From: Clostridia bacterium
GTDB lineage: Bacteria > Bacillota > Clostridia > JAAYHZ01
DNA: 64,000 bases
Assembly (NCBI GenBank): GCA_050950825.1
Contig: JBMNIH010000004.1
Location: forward strand, 352,001 to 416,000
Direction of reading: 5' to 3'
A program made the translations under genes and the position numbers. The notes under the pieces are model-generated. The model was not told the origin of the DNA and searched no databases. It saw only the letters and a list, made by a program, of their open reading frames with translations. Below, one piece after another: positions 37,019-47,156 of this stretch. How positions within the stretch are numbered: the stretch's first letter is position 1; each line of letters opens with the position of its first letter.

Positions 37019-38269
37019 ATGGATTTAACGTTGTTGGGCACAAAAGGGAAAAAGGCTTCTTATGAGCTTGCAAAGGCGGCAGGGCAGGACAAGAACGACG
37101 CATTAGCCAAAATAGCAGAGGGCCTCATCAAAGATATTCCCCGTATTTTGGAAGCCAATCAAAAAGATGTGGAAAAGGCGAAAGCAAACAACATTTCATC
37201 CGCTTTGTTAGATCGGTTAATTTTGAACGAGAACAGAATTCATCAAATTTCCGACAGTTTGGTAGCCCTTATTGCCCTACCCGACCCTGTAGGCGAAGTT
37301 TTGGAAATGAAGGAGCGACCGAACGGATTACGTATAGGCAAACAAAGAGTTCCCATCGGTGTTATCGGAATGATATACGAATCTCGCCCCAATGTTACGG
37401 CGGATGCGGCAGGGTTATGCATTAAATCCGGAAATGCCGTAATCTTACGAGGGGGCAGCGATGCCATTCATTCCAATATCGCCATTGTCCGTTCCATACG
37501 GAATTCTTTAAAGCAAAGCAAATTGCCGGAGGACTGCGTACAAATAATCGAAGACACCTCCCGAGAAATCGTAAGAGAATTCATGAAATTGAATCGGTAC
37601 GTGGACATTTTGATACCGAGAGGCGGAGCGGGTTTGATCAAATCCGTTATCGAAAATGCCACCATACCGGTTATCGAAACGGGAACGGGTAATTGCCACG
37701 TATATGTGGACAGTTCGGCTAACCTCGAGATGGCCTTAAACATTATCGTAAATGCAAAGACACAAAGACCGGGTGTTTGCAATGCCGCAGAAACTTTATT
37801 GGTTTCCGAAGATAGAGCTGAAGACTTCCTGCCTATGGCAAAAAAGGCGTTGATCGCGAAAAAAGTACAACTGCGCTGCTGTGAAAAATCTTACGAAATG
37901 CTAAAAGGAGATCCTTTGGTTGTTCAAGCCACGGAAGAGGATTGGGAGACCGAATTTTTGGACTATATCTTGGCGGTTAAAATCGTAAAGGACGTGGACG
38001 AAGCGATCGAACATATCAATCGGTACGGAACCATGCATTCCGAGGCCATTGTTACCGAAAGCTATACGAATGCCAACAAGTTTTTAAAGGAAGTCGATGC
38101 GGCGGCTGTTTACGTGAATGCATCCACACGATTTACCGACGGAGGTGAATTCGGGTTCGGAGCGGAAATCGGAATCAGCACCCAAAAGCTCCATGCAAGA
38201 GGTCCTATGGGGCTTGCGGAATTGACAACTATAAAGTATATAATATATGGAAACGGTCAGGTAAGATAA
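37019..38269 (+). CDS. proA: Gamma-glutamyl phosphate reductase
   Basis: IYESRPNVT, RGG..LI, GNCHVY, CNAAETLL, FTDGGEFGFGAEIGISTQKLHARGP. Confidence 0.97.
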   Translation: MDLTLLGTKGKKASYELAKAAGQDKNDALAKIAEGLIKDIPRILEANQKDVEKAKANNISSALLDRLILNENRIHQISDSLVALIALPDPVGEVLEMKERPNGLRIGKQRVPIGVIGMIYESRPNVTADAAGLCIKSGNAVILRGGSDAIHSNIAIVRSIRNSLKQSKLPEDCVQIIEDTSREIVREFMKLNRYVDILIPRGGAGLIKSVIENATIPVIETGTGNCHVYVDSSANLEMALNIIVNAKTQRPGVCNAAETLLVSEDRAEDFLPMAKKALIAKKVQLRCCEKSYEMLKGDPLVVQATEEDWETEFLDYILAVKIVKDVDEAIEHINRYGTMHSEAIVTESYTNANKFLKEVDAAAVYVNASTRFTDGGEFGFGAEIGISTQKLHARGPMGLAELTTIKYIIYGNGQVR

Positions 38270-38308
38270 TACAAGGTATCGAAAATAAAACGGCATAGTA
38301 GTATAACA

Positions 38309-38352
38309 AAAAGAAGGAAGAGCTTTTACGTCTTTGGCATCTTCCTTCTTTT
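38309..38352. terminator. Bidirectional terminator between proA and the PBP gene
   Basis: AAAAGAAGGAAGA...TCTTCCTTCTTTT between convergent genes. Confidence 0.65.
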
Positions 38353-38364
38353 ATTTTCTTTATA

Positions 38365-41070
38365 TTACGCAACCTCACCCGAGGTAATCGGTTCCTGTTC
38401 CGGGGTTGTCTCTTCCTCGTTCCTATCGGCTAGGGGAGGTTTGTCGATTTGGATACCTTCTCCGATATCAACATTGTCTTCATCCTCCGGAGTATGCTCC
38501 GCAATAGGAGGCGTTTGTGACGTTTCCGACGGAGGATTGGGATTGTTGCCTACAGGAGGAATGTTTATGGCTGCTCCGTCTCCGGTTACCGGAGGTTTAT
38601 GGTGTGTGCAGTATTCTCCTGCCGGCAGCTCATAGTACATATCTTCTACTATGGGTTCGTTGGGATTGCTCGGTATCCAAGGAACATCTCTTAAGATAAA
38701 CACCTTTTCCACCACGGTACTCGGGTCGCAGTAGGGATTTGCCAGAAGATATCGGCCCCAAATATCTTTTGAAGCGGTGCATACCTTTGCCTTGACGTGA
38801 ACGTCGCATACATCCTCATAGGAGGGTTCGGTTCCTCGGACAAAATATTCGGTTTTCACGCAGTTTCCTCTCGGATCGTTCTTGCAATTCTCCGTTGCAA
38901 TCTTTCCGGAGAAAATACAAACATCTCGCGTGACGATGTTGGCCGGAGGTTCCGGGAATTTGGCGTCGGGCAAGTCTTGGTGTATCAAGTTCATGACCGC
39001 GTTCCAAATAATCATGGCTTGGTTGTATTCCGCATTTGTCAGCTTAATAGGTCTTATTTTATTATCATATCCGTACCAAACGGCAGCGGTATAGTAGGGA
39101 GTAAAGCCCACAAACCACTTGTCCAAATCATCGCTGGTGGTTCCGGTTTTACCGGCCACATCGATGGCTCCGTTTTTGATGCAGATATAAGATGCCGCGG
39201 TACCGCCACCGGCCCATTGGCCGCCGAAGGGAGAATTTTTAGGCGTTACAACTTCCCTCAATACACTTCTCATAAGAAAAGCCGTTTCTTCGCTGTAGGC
39301 GACGGTGTATTCGGGGCGGTTGTCCAATATGACGTTACCGTCGATATCCACGACCCTGGTGTAGGTGGTAGGAGGAGAATAGATACCGCTGTTAACAAAG
39401 GGCGTGTATGCGGCTGCCATCTCCATGGGAGATACCCCGGTTCGAAGACCGCCCAGCGATACCGAAACGGTGTCGTGGAAAATTTCGCCTTCTCGATCAA
39501 TACCGACCTTCTTTAAGTAAGCAAGGCAATTTTCATATCCTAATATTTCTTTCCAAACCCTTGCGGAAACAACGTTCGTAGAAACTTTGATTCCGTAGCG
39601 AATGGAAGTTAGGCCTCGATACTGATTCTTCACATAGTTGGTAGGATAGATGGTGTCGGGATTCTTTTCGTCCAAGTAAACCGGCACGTCGTCGATAACG
39701 GTAGCCGGCTGTATCAGCTTCAGATCCATTGCCGGTGCATACACGGCTATAGGCTTAAAGGAGGATCCGGGCTGTCTTTTTGCTTGGGTGGCACGATTGT
39801 AAGCACGGCTTATGGTCTTTTCTCCGTTCCCGCCGTACATAGCCTTTACGTACCCTGTGTAAGGGTCGATTATGACCATTCCCGCTTGAGGTATTTCACC
39901 GTATTTTTCTGCTTCTTTGTTAATGGTATTCCCGTTTTCATCCTTTACAGGGAAGTAAGAAGGATCCATGAATATAGAATCCATAGCCGACTGGATGAAG
40001 GGATCCATGGTGGTATAAATTTTGTATCCGTTATTATATACCATGGATTCGGCGATGGAGCGAGTGATGTTCTTTTGTTCGATCAAATCGTTGATTACTT
40101 CATTGAGAACATGATCCACAAAATACGTGGTCGGTTTTTCTATGGCCGTCTTTCTTACGAATTTATACTCAAGCTTTTCGTTTAATGCGGAATCATACTC
40201 TTTTTTGTCGATGAACCCTAACTCCAGCATCTTGTCCAAAACCAATTTCATACGGAATTGTACTTCCTCACGGCCTTTTTCCGTTGCCGGATTATATGTG
40301 CTCGGAGCGTTGGGTATGGCCGCCAAAACGGCGCATTCCGCTAACGAAAGCTCGCTTACGTCTTTGTCGAAATAATAGTTGGCCGCCGCTTGGACACCAT
40401 AGCAGCCGTTGCCTTCGTTGATCACGTTGGCATACAAAGTCAAGATCCGTTTTTTATCGTATTTTCTTTCCAACAGAATGGCGTTGTACCATTCCTGAAC
40501 CTTTCTCTCGATGCTTTGGTCCCATTTGCCGGTAACATGCTTTACGACCTGTTGGGTGATGGTACTTCCCCCTTGCATAATTCTTCCTCTGTTTTTAACG
40601 ATACTGTATACGGAGCTTAAAATACGTCGGGTGTCGATGCCGATATGGTTGTAAAAGCGTTCGTCCTCTATGGCGATAAAGGCTTGCTCCAAATAGAGGG
40701 GCATTTGGTCGTAGGTTATGGGTATACGGTTGATGTTTTGACTTCCCGTCAATTCCATGATGATATTGCCGTCGGCATCGTAGATATAGGAGGTTAGCCC
40801 GGTTCGAATTTCCAACTGCTCCGGCTGAACCGGAACCGTTGTGGACAGGTACCCGTAAACAATACCGGTTAACAACCCCCCTCCGGATATTCCGATGGCT
40901 ACAAGCAGTATAAAGAATACTTTTAATATGAATAAAATAAATTTGAAAAAAATTCCTATCGGTTTTTTCACAATACGTTTCTTTTTGGAAGATTCTTTTT
41001 TGCTTTTATTGGCTGACAACCTTTTTCTTTGGCTTTTCTTTTTTGGTTCAGGTAAAGTTTTTTGGTCCAT
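38365..41070 (-). CDS. Class A penicillin-binding protein (PBP1A; transglycosylase/transpeptidase)
   Basis: EDERFY.H.G, GGSTITQQVVK, RKVQE; SSFK (SxxK), STN (SxN), KTGT; Cys-rich and acidic/Pro-rich tail. Confidence 0.93.
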   Translation of the reverse strand: MDQKTLPEPKKKSQRKRLSANKSKKESSKKKRIVKKPIGIFFKFILFILKVFFILLVAIGISGGGLLTGIVYGYLSTTVPVQPEQLEIRTGLTSYIYDADGNIIMELTGSQNINRIPITYDQMPLYLEQAFIAIEDERFYNHIGIDTRRILSSVYSIVKNRGRIMQGGSTITQQVVKHVTGKWDQSIERKVQEWYNAILLERKYDKKRILTLYANVINEGNGCYGVQAAANYYFDKDVSELSLAECAVLAAIPNAPSTYNPATEKGREEVQFRMKLVLDKMLELGFIDKKEYDSALNEKLEYKFVRKTAIEKPTTYFVDHVLNEVINDLIEQKNITRSIAESMVYNNGYKIYTTMDPFIQSAMDSIFMDPSYFPVKDENGNTINKEAEKYGEIPQAGMVIIDPYTGYVKAMYGGNGEKTISRAYNRATQAKRQPGSSFKPIAVYAPAMDLKLIQPATVIDDVPVYLDEKNPDTIYPTNYVKNQYRGLTSIRYGIKVSTNVVSARVWKEILGYENCLAYLKKVGIDREGEIFHDTVSVSLGGLRTGVSPMEMAAAYTPFVNSGIYSPPTTYTRVVDIDGNVILDNRPEYTVAYSEETAFLMRSVLREVVTPKNSPFGGQWAGGGTAASYICIKNGAIDVAGKTGTTSDDLDKWFVGFTPYYTAAVWYGYDNKIRPIKLTNAEYNQAMIIWNAVMNLIHQDLPDAKFPEPPANIVTRDVCIFSGKIATENCKNDPRGNCVKTEYFVRGTEPSYEDVCDVHVKAKVCTASKDIWGRYLLANPYCDPSTVVEKVFILRDVPWIPSNPNEPIVEDMYYELPAGEYCTHHKPPVTGDGAAINIPPVGNNPNPPSETSQTPPIAEHTPEDEDNVDIGEGIQIDKPPLADRNEEETTPEQEPITSGEVA

Positions 41071-41345
41071 TATGATCTCCCGATTTCTTCCCCTTATCGA
41101 AAAATGGTCTTGTTAAATTTTGCGATTCAATAATACGTAATTATATCATACAACCGAAATTTTGACTATGCCATGTTTTTCCGACAAAACTCCGATAAAA
41201 AAGCCGATAAAAAAGTAAATTGAGAAACATACAATAAAACATTTGACATACTATGTACTATGTGTAAGATATAATTATAGGAGTTTTGCAAGTCCGGTTT
41301 ATGGAAATTTGCAAAAACTAAAATACGGTGTAGGAGGTAGTTTTT

Positions 41346-41765
41346 ATGTTGATTTTGTTGCCGTTGATAGGGTGGCTGCTTGGTATCGCTTTGTATTTAT
41401 TGATGGCTTGGTCCTTGTATGTGATGGCTTCGAAACGGAATATTGAATATGCATGGCTGGCTTTCATTCCATTCGCGAATTATTACATACTCGGTAAGCT
41501 GGTAGGCGATGTTTCCGTCGGTACATATCCTGTTCCTTACATTGAATATGTATTGCCTGCGGGAGCATTATTATGCGCCATCATTCCTATTATTCGATGG
41601 CTCATTGCTATTGTTTTTGCAGTCCTGCTCTTCTTTACTTTACTCAAATTGTTTAAAATGTATTCGCCCGGGAACGAAATATTGTATGCCGTTTTAAGTC
41701 TCATTCCTATTGTATTACCGATACTCCTGTTCATCATCAAAGATAATACGCCTACTACAGCTTAA
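41346..41765 (+). CDS. Small integral membrane protein (DUF5684-like)
   Basis: About four hydrophobic segments, AWLAFIPFANYY motif, RBS AGGAGG, TTGACA promoter element at 41243. Confidence 0.7.
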   Translation: MLILLPLIGWLLGIALYLLMAWSLYVMASKRNIEYAWLAFIPFANYYILGKLVGDVSVGTYPVPYIEYVLPAGALLCAIIPIIRWLIAIVFAVLLFFTLLKLFKMYSPGNEILYAVLSLIPIVLPILLFIIKDNTPTTA

Positions 41766-41829
41766 AGTCATATCATTTGTCATACAACCGGATCGTATCG
41801 GTTTGTATAATGAAAATCATACCGGTTGC

Positions 41830-41859
41830 CCGATAAATCCCGGGTATATCGGTTTTTTT
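41830..41859 (+). terminator. Intrinsic terminator
   Basis: CCGATA...TATCGG followed by TTTTTTT. Confidence 0.55.
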
Positions 41860-41929
41860 GTTGTGAACCTGTTTGTGATAAAATAAGTCGGATTAATATT
41901 CCCATTAGAAACGAAAGGAAAATACGACC

Positions 41930-42353
41930 GTGAATAATACACCGCGGAGAAAAAAATGAAAAGAAAGGATCGGCTCCAATCGGCAAGGCATTGGATTCCG
42001 AGTTATACAGGTAAAAATATCGTAAAGGCTATAGTAAATACTACGGTGTTGACAGGCTCTGTGCCGCCGTCGAACTGAAAATGTTAGGTTATGACATATC
42101 GGATGAATATATTGAAGGTTTAAAAGCGGATTTGGCAAGAAAGCAAGAGGAAAAAGAAAGAAGAAGAGAAAAAGAAGCGGAAGAAAGAGCGGAATACCAA
42201 GACGAAAACTTTTACTTTATTGCAGGATTTACATCCGGCGGTGCGCCGTACGGCTGCACATGGGAATCTTTGGAGGATTCCGAGGATCCTTCTATGGATG
42301 ATTTAGGAAAACAACATTTTGAAAATATCGACGACAATGAGGTTCCGTTTTAA
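41930..42353 (+). pseudogene. Conserved hypothetical protein interrupted by two -1 frameshifts
   Basis: Restoring one A at ~41950-41956 and one at ~42024-42026 gives a continuous MNNTPRRKKMKRKDRLQSARHWIPSYTGKNIVKGYSKYYGVDRLCAAVELKMLGY...FIAGFTSGGAPYG. RBS GAAAGGA before GTG 41930. Confidence 0.65.
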
Positions 42354-42560
42354 CGATTCCTTTTTCTCTTTTTGCAGACAAGTCCGAATAAAAAAGAAAG
42401 ATTTTATAAATTTCTACTAAAAATCAAAAAACCAATATTCTATTTTCAAATATATGGTATAATTAAGATATTCAATCGGGACTTTTTATCCTGTCAAAAG
42501 ATAAGGCCGTCTATTCTTCGGTAGGGAAACAACTTCAACACATTGGAAAGGAAAAATGTC

Positions 42561-44122
42561 ATGAGCAGAAGGTCTTTCTTATGTATTCTGTCGGTTTTTA
42601 TTGTTTTGTCGCTCTTATCCGGTTGCGAAACCGGAGACGATAGATCGACGTCATTGTCCGAATCCTCGACCTCGGAAACTCTTCCGATTGTTATGGAAGA
42701 ATTGCCTCCAATCGATATTACGATGGGATTGGTGACATATGTGTATTCGTCGAAACCGCTTTCCGTGCCCGGTTATGCTTCCAAAGTCGATGAGATGCTT
42801 GCAAAACTCAACAAAAAAGCCCAAGACGACGGACTTAATATTACATTGAAAATCAAATGGCTGCCAAAGCCATATGATTTGGAAGCGGCAAGGGAAGGGG
42901 GCGACGATTACGATTGCGATGTTTATTATACGTCGATAGAGCAGGCACAGGAGTTGTTCGAGGAAGGCTATATATTACGCCTGAATGACTTGGTAAAAGA
43001 AAAGACTCCTGACTATTATTCCATGCTGATGACAAGACCGTACATGAAAAAAGCATTAGGCATTGACGATTACGACGAATTCCCTCTTTGTTTCTACCCT
43101 CCAACCGTGTAGGAAGCAATATCTATTATGTAATGATGGAAAAGGAAATCGCTGAAAAATACGATATTAAAATATCTTCTATTGAAGATTATGTCGATGC
43201 ATTGGGAAAAATTAAAGAAGGAGGCGAGCCGAAGACTCCCGGGAACTTCAATACATTATATTTCTTGGATGAATATATGAGAGATCGAGGATATTATCAA
43301 TTTCTTTCGGTTCTTTTCTATGCAAAGTACGACGATCCTTCCTACAATGTGTATTCCGCGGCGGATGTCGATGATTTTTATCAGCTAATGGAATTGCTCA
43401 AGCGTATCTTCAGTGAAAAATTCGCGGAAGACAGTATTGATATCTATAAAGCCTTGGCGTTGGGGCAGACCTCTTCGATTATCGACAATCCGGGTTTGTG
43501 GATGACGACAAAGTATACTTTTCGAAAAGACAAAGAATATGCCGTGTTTCCCTTAACCTCGAACAATGATTATCTTCGTTTGGGAAGCGGTTTGGTTATC
43601 GGTTCAAGCGCTCAAAATCCGGAGCGAATCATGACCTTCATTAATTGGCTGTATTCGGATCAAGAAAACATGGATATTTGGCTATACGGAGGATTTGAAA
43701 ACGAGAAAAACGATTTTTATACTCTTGACGAAAAAGGCCGTATTCTTTACAACAAGCCTACCGATCCGTTTTACGAATGGTTGGGAACTGCGGGTGATAT
43801 TTTGTTCGATATGCGTTTGGCTCGTGTTCCCTATTATTTGCCCGAAAACTTCGTCGAAATCTATGAAGAATCGCTTAATAAAACGACATTGGAGAAAAAA
43901 TTATCGAATCCCTCGTATATGCTCGAGCCCGGTACTCCGGAATACGAAGACTGGTCGAAGCTCGGGGATTTGAGCCAATACAATCCCTTGATACGTACAT
44001 TTTGGCAGGTTTGTACGGATCCGAAATTCGATGTGAATGGGTTTATAAAAGAGATGAAGAGCGCCGGTTTGGATGATATAGCGAAAAAAATGTCGGATTT
44101 TCTCAATGAAGCATTGGAATGA
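42561..44122 (+). pseudogene. Extracellular solute-binding lipoprotein, split by a -1 frameshift at ~43067-43110
   Basis: Lipobox LSGC in ORF 42561-43112. The overlapping ORF 43088-44122 carries SBP C-terminal motifs (NPERIMTFINWLY, MKSAGLD). Confidence 0.7.
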
Positions 44123-44151
44123 TATAACATAAAAAATATTATCTATATATA

Positions 44152-44182
44152 AAAACAGGGCAACGGAAAATTGCCCTGTTTT
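44152..44182 (+). terminator. Intrinsic terminator
   Basis: AAAACAGGGCAA-N7-TTGCCCTGTTTT. Confidence 0.75.
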
Positions 44183-44292
44183 GCTATTTGAATGGCAATG
44201 CGCCCGCCCTTATGCTATAATGTCCTAGTTGTGTTATAATGATCTTTAATTTATGACAGTCCACAGAAATGAACGAGGAGGAAGTCCTGTAA

Positions 44293-45186
44293 ATGACAAA
44301 TCAACTGACTCATTTGGACCGCTTGGAATCCAAAAGCGTCCATATTATTCGCGAAGCCTACAGCAGCTTTAAGAATCTATGCATGCTGTGGTCAATAGGA
44401 AAGGACAGCACGGTTTTGCTGTGGCTGGCTCGAAAAGCCTTTTTCGGTCATGTTCCTTTTCCTTTGGTTCATATCGATACGGCATTTAAAATACCGGAAA
44501 TGATCGAGTACAGAGATCGATTGGCAAGAGAATACAAGCTGGACATGATATACGGTATCAACGAAGAAGCCATTAAGGCGAAAAAGACCTTCCCGGACGG
44601 CGACTGCTCTCGTATCGAGTGCTGCAGACGCTTAAAGACCGAAGCATTGAGAAACACGTTGGCGGGAACATGGAAAAGATATCGTATGAACAAGGATACC
44701 GGTTTGTACGAAATCGATACCAACACCGAACCCTTCACCGGTGTTATTGTAGGCGTAAGAGCGGATGAAGAAGGAAGCCGCAGCAAAGAGCGCTATTTTT
44801 CACCGAGAGACCGCAACAACGATTGGGACATAGGAGACCAGCCTCCGGAATTTTGGAACCAATACAAAACCGACTTTGCACCGGGTACCCATGTTCGTAT
44901 TCATCCTTTATTGGATTGGACGGAGTTGGATATTTGGAAATACATACAACGTGAAGGGATCCCCACCGTTTCACTTTACTATAACCAAGGGAATGGCAAG
45001 CGCTACCGTTCTTTGGGATGCTGGCCTTGTACAAGCCCTATCGAGTCCAACGCTTCCACCGTTGCGGAAATTATCGAGGAGCTGGAAAGCGGAAAGCTGA
45101 GTAATATCGCCGAGCGTTCAGGCCGTGAACAGGATAAAGAAGACGGAGGCGGCTTGGAAGATTTAAGAAGAGACGGATATATGTAA
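44293..45186 (+). CDS. cysD: Sulfate adenylyltransferase subunit 2
   Basis: [55 protein letters not shown]. Confidence 0.95.
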   Translation: MTNQLTHLDRLESKSVHIIREAYSSFKNLCMLWSIGKDSTVLLWLARKAFFGHVPFPLVHIDTAFKIPEMIEYRDRLAREYKLDMIYGINEEAIKAKKTFPDGDCSRIECCRRLKTEALRNTLAGTWKRYRMNKDTGLYEIDTNTEPFTGVIVGVRADEEGSRSKERYFSPRDRNNDWDIGDQPPEFWNQYKTDFAPGTHVRIHPLLDWTELDIWKYIQREGIPTVSLYYNQGNGKRYRSLGCWPCTSPIESNASTVAEIIEELESGKLSNIAERSGREQDKEDGGGLEDLRRDGYM

Positions 45187-45218
45187 AAACGAATTGTAAA
45201 GTTGAAGGTGAAAGATTT

Positions 45219-47066
45219 ATGAGCTTAATAAAAGAAACATTAAAAGCTGAGGTCAGTCAGCGTGAATTTATGAATATCGTTATCGTAGGGCATGTGGATC
45301 ACGGAAAAAGTACCGTCATCGGGCGATTGCTGGCGGATACGGATTCGCTGCCCGAAGGTAAGCTTGAACAGGTTCGGGAAAATTGCAGAAGAAATTCGAA
45401 ACCCTTTGAGTATGCCTTTTTGTTGGATGCTTTAAAGGACGAGCGATCCCAAGGAATTACCATTGATGCGGCTCGTTGCTTTTTCAAATCGAAAAAACGA
45501 AACTATCTCATTCTCGATGCTCCGGGTCATGTGGAATTTTTAAAAAACATGGTCACCGGCGCCTCCAACGCGGAAGCGGCGCTTTTGGTTATCGATGCGA
45601 AGGAAGGAATCATGGAAAATTCCACAAGACACGGGTATCTGCTTTCCATGTTGGGGATTCGACAAATTGCCGTATTAGTAAACAAAATGGATTTGGTGGA
45701 CTACGACCGATCCGTTTACGAAGATATCAAGAAGAACTATTCCGATTTTTTAGAAAAGATAGGTATTAAAGCATCGTGTTTTATACCTGTTTCCGGGTTC
45801 CAAGGGGACAACATCACGGAACGATCGGAGAATATGCCGTGGTACGACGGGGATACCGTGTTAGAGCGTTTGGATTTATTTGAAACGGCGGGTCTTCCCA
45901 TAGACATGCCCTTCCGTATGCCGGTGCAAGGCGTGTACAAATTTACGCAAGACGGAGACGATCGAAGGATCGTCGCCGGAACCGTAGAAACCGGAAAGCT
46001 AAAGGTAGGAGACACGGTCATTTTCTATCCTTCCGGAAAGAAAAGCAAGGTGAAGACCATCGAAGCGTTCAATGCACCTGCACCGGAGATTTGCATACCG
46101 GGCATGGCCACCGGCTTTACATTGGAGGACCAAATCTATATCACCCGCGGAGAAATTGCCACAAAAGCCGGAGAACCTCCTTGCCGTATCGGAAGAAAAA
46201 TCGTGGCGAATGTTTTTTGGCTGGGAAAAAACAGCTTGGTTAAGAACAAGGAATACCATATAAAAATCGGAACGGCGAAAGCAAGTGTCCGTTTGGACAA
46301 AGTGGTAAAGGTCTTGAACGCTTCCGATTTATCCGACAAAACGAAGGATTATGTGGAAAGACATGAAGTAGCCGAATGCATTTTCGAACTGGCAAAAGAC
46401 ATTGCATTTGACTTTAATCATGAAAACCCGGTAACCGGTCGCTTTGTCATCGTGGACGAGTACGAAATTGCAGGAGGCGGCATCATTGTCGATCAGGTCA
46501 AGGACAAATACAGCAAGGTGCGGGATTATGTGGTGATGCGAAACATCAAATGGGAAAAGAGCATCATCGGACGGGATTTAAGGTCCATCCGGTACAAGCA
46601 AAAGCCCGCATTGGTCATTATTACCGGGAAAGAAGAAGCGGACAAGAAGGAATTGGCCCGCGAAGTGGAAAAATTATTGTTTGACAACGGCGAATTCGTC
46701 TATTTCTTAGGAATCGGTAACGTGGTCTACGGCGTTGACGCGGACCTTAAGGCCAAGCAGCAAGACCGGTCATTAAAGGACCCCAACCGATTGGAGCATA
46801 TACGAAGATTAGGAGAAGTAGCCAACTTGCTGTTAGATGCCGGGATGATATTGGTGGTTACGGCCGTGGAATTGACGGCGGAAGAAATCGATTTGATTGA
46901 TACCACCGTCATACCTCCTCACATATGCGTAGTATGGTTAGGGGATGAAGTAACGACGGATATCAAATACGATTTGAAGCTGTCCGAAGGGGATTACCGC
47001 AAAAACGCGGCCATTATACGCAAGCATTTGTGTGAAAGAGGCGTTCTGTTTAATCCTTCTATGTAA
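45219..47066 (+). CDS. cysN: Sulfate adenylyltransferase subunit 1 (GTPase) with degenerate C-terminal APS-kinase-like domain
   Basis: [35 protein letters not shown]. The C-terminal domain resembles CysC but lacks the P-loop. Confidence 0.9.
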   Translation: MSLIKETLKAEVSQREFMNIVIVGHVDHGKSTVIGRLLADTDSLPEGKLEQVRENCRRNSKPFEYAFLLDALKDERSQGITIDAARCFFKSKKRNYLILDAPGHVEFLKNMVTGASNAEAALLVIDAKEGIMENSTRHGYLLSMLGIRQIAVLVNKMDLVDYDRSVYEDIKKNYSDFLEKIGIKASCFIPVSGFQGDNITERSENMPWYDGDTVLERLDLFETAGLPIDMPFRMPVQGVYKFTQDGDDRRIVAGTVETGKLKVGDTVIFYPSGKKSKVKTIEAFNAPAPEICIPGMATGFTLEDQIYITRGEIATKAGEPPCRIGRKIVANVFWLGKNSLVKNKEYHIKIGTAKASVRLDKVVKVLNASDLSDKTKDYVERHEVAECIFELAKDIAFDFNHENPVTGRFVIVDEYEIAGGGIIVDQVKDKYSKVRDYVVMRNIKWEKSIIGRDLRSIRYKQKPALVIITGKEEADKKELAREVEKLLFDNGEFVYFLGIGNVVYGVDADLKAKQQDRSLKDPNRLEHIRRLGEVANLLLDAGMILVVTAVELTAEEIDLIDTTVIPPHICVVWLGDEVTTDIKYDLKLSEGDYRKNAAIIRKHLCERGVLFNPSM

Positions 47067-47090
47067 AGAGGACCGAGGGGCTTATATGGT

Positions 47091-47119
47091 AAAAGGTCGT
47101 ACACGGTGTACGACTTTTT
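47091..47119 (+). terminator. Hairpin with U-tract between cysN and cysC
   Basis: AAAAGGTCGTACA-cgg-TGTACGACTTTTT. Confidence 0.55.
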
Positions 47120-47156
47120 ACTTCAATTTGCATAAATTAAAAGCGGGGTTTATCGG

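Noticed and set aside
38797-39516. 239-aa plus-strand ORF
   Set aside because: Antisense to the PBP transpeptidase domain; no recognisable motifs.
43100-43115. TAG read-through (pyrrolysine) joining the two SBP ORFs
   Set aside because: The downstream ORF is in a different frame, so this is a frameshift rather than read-through.
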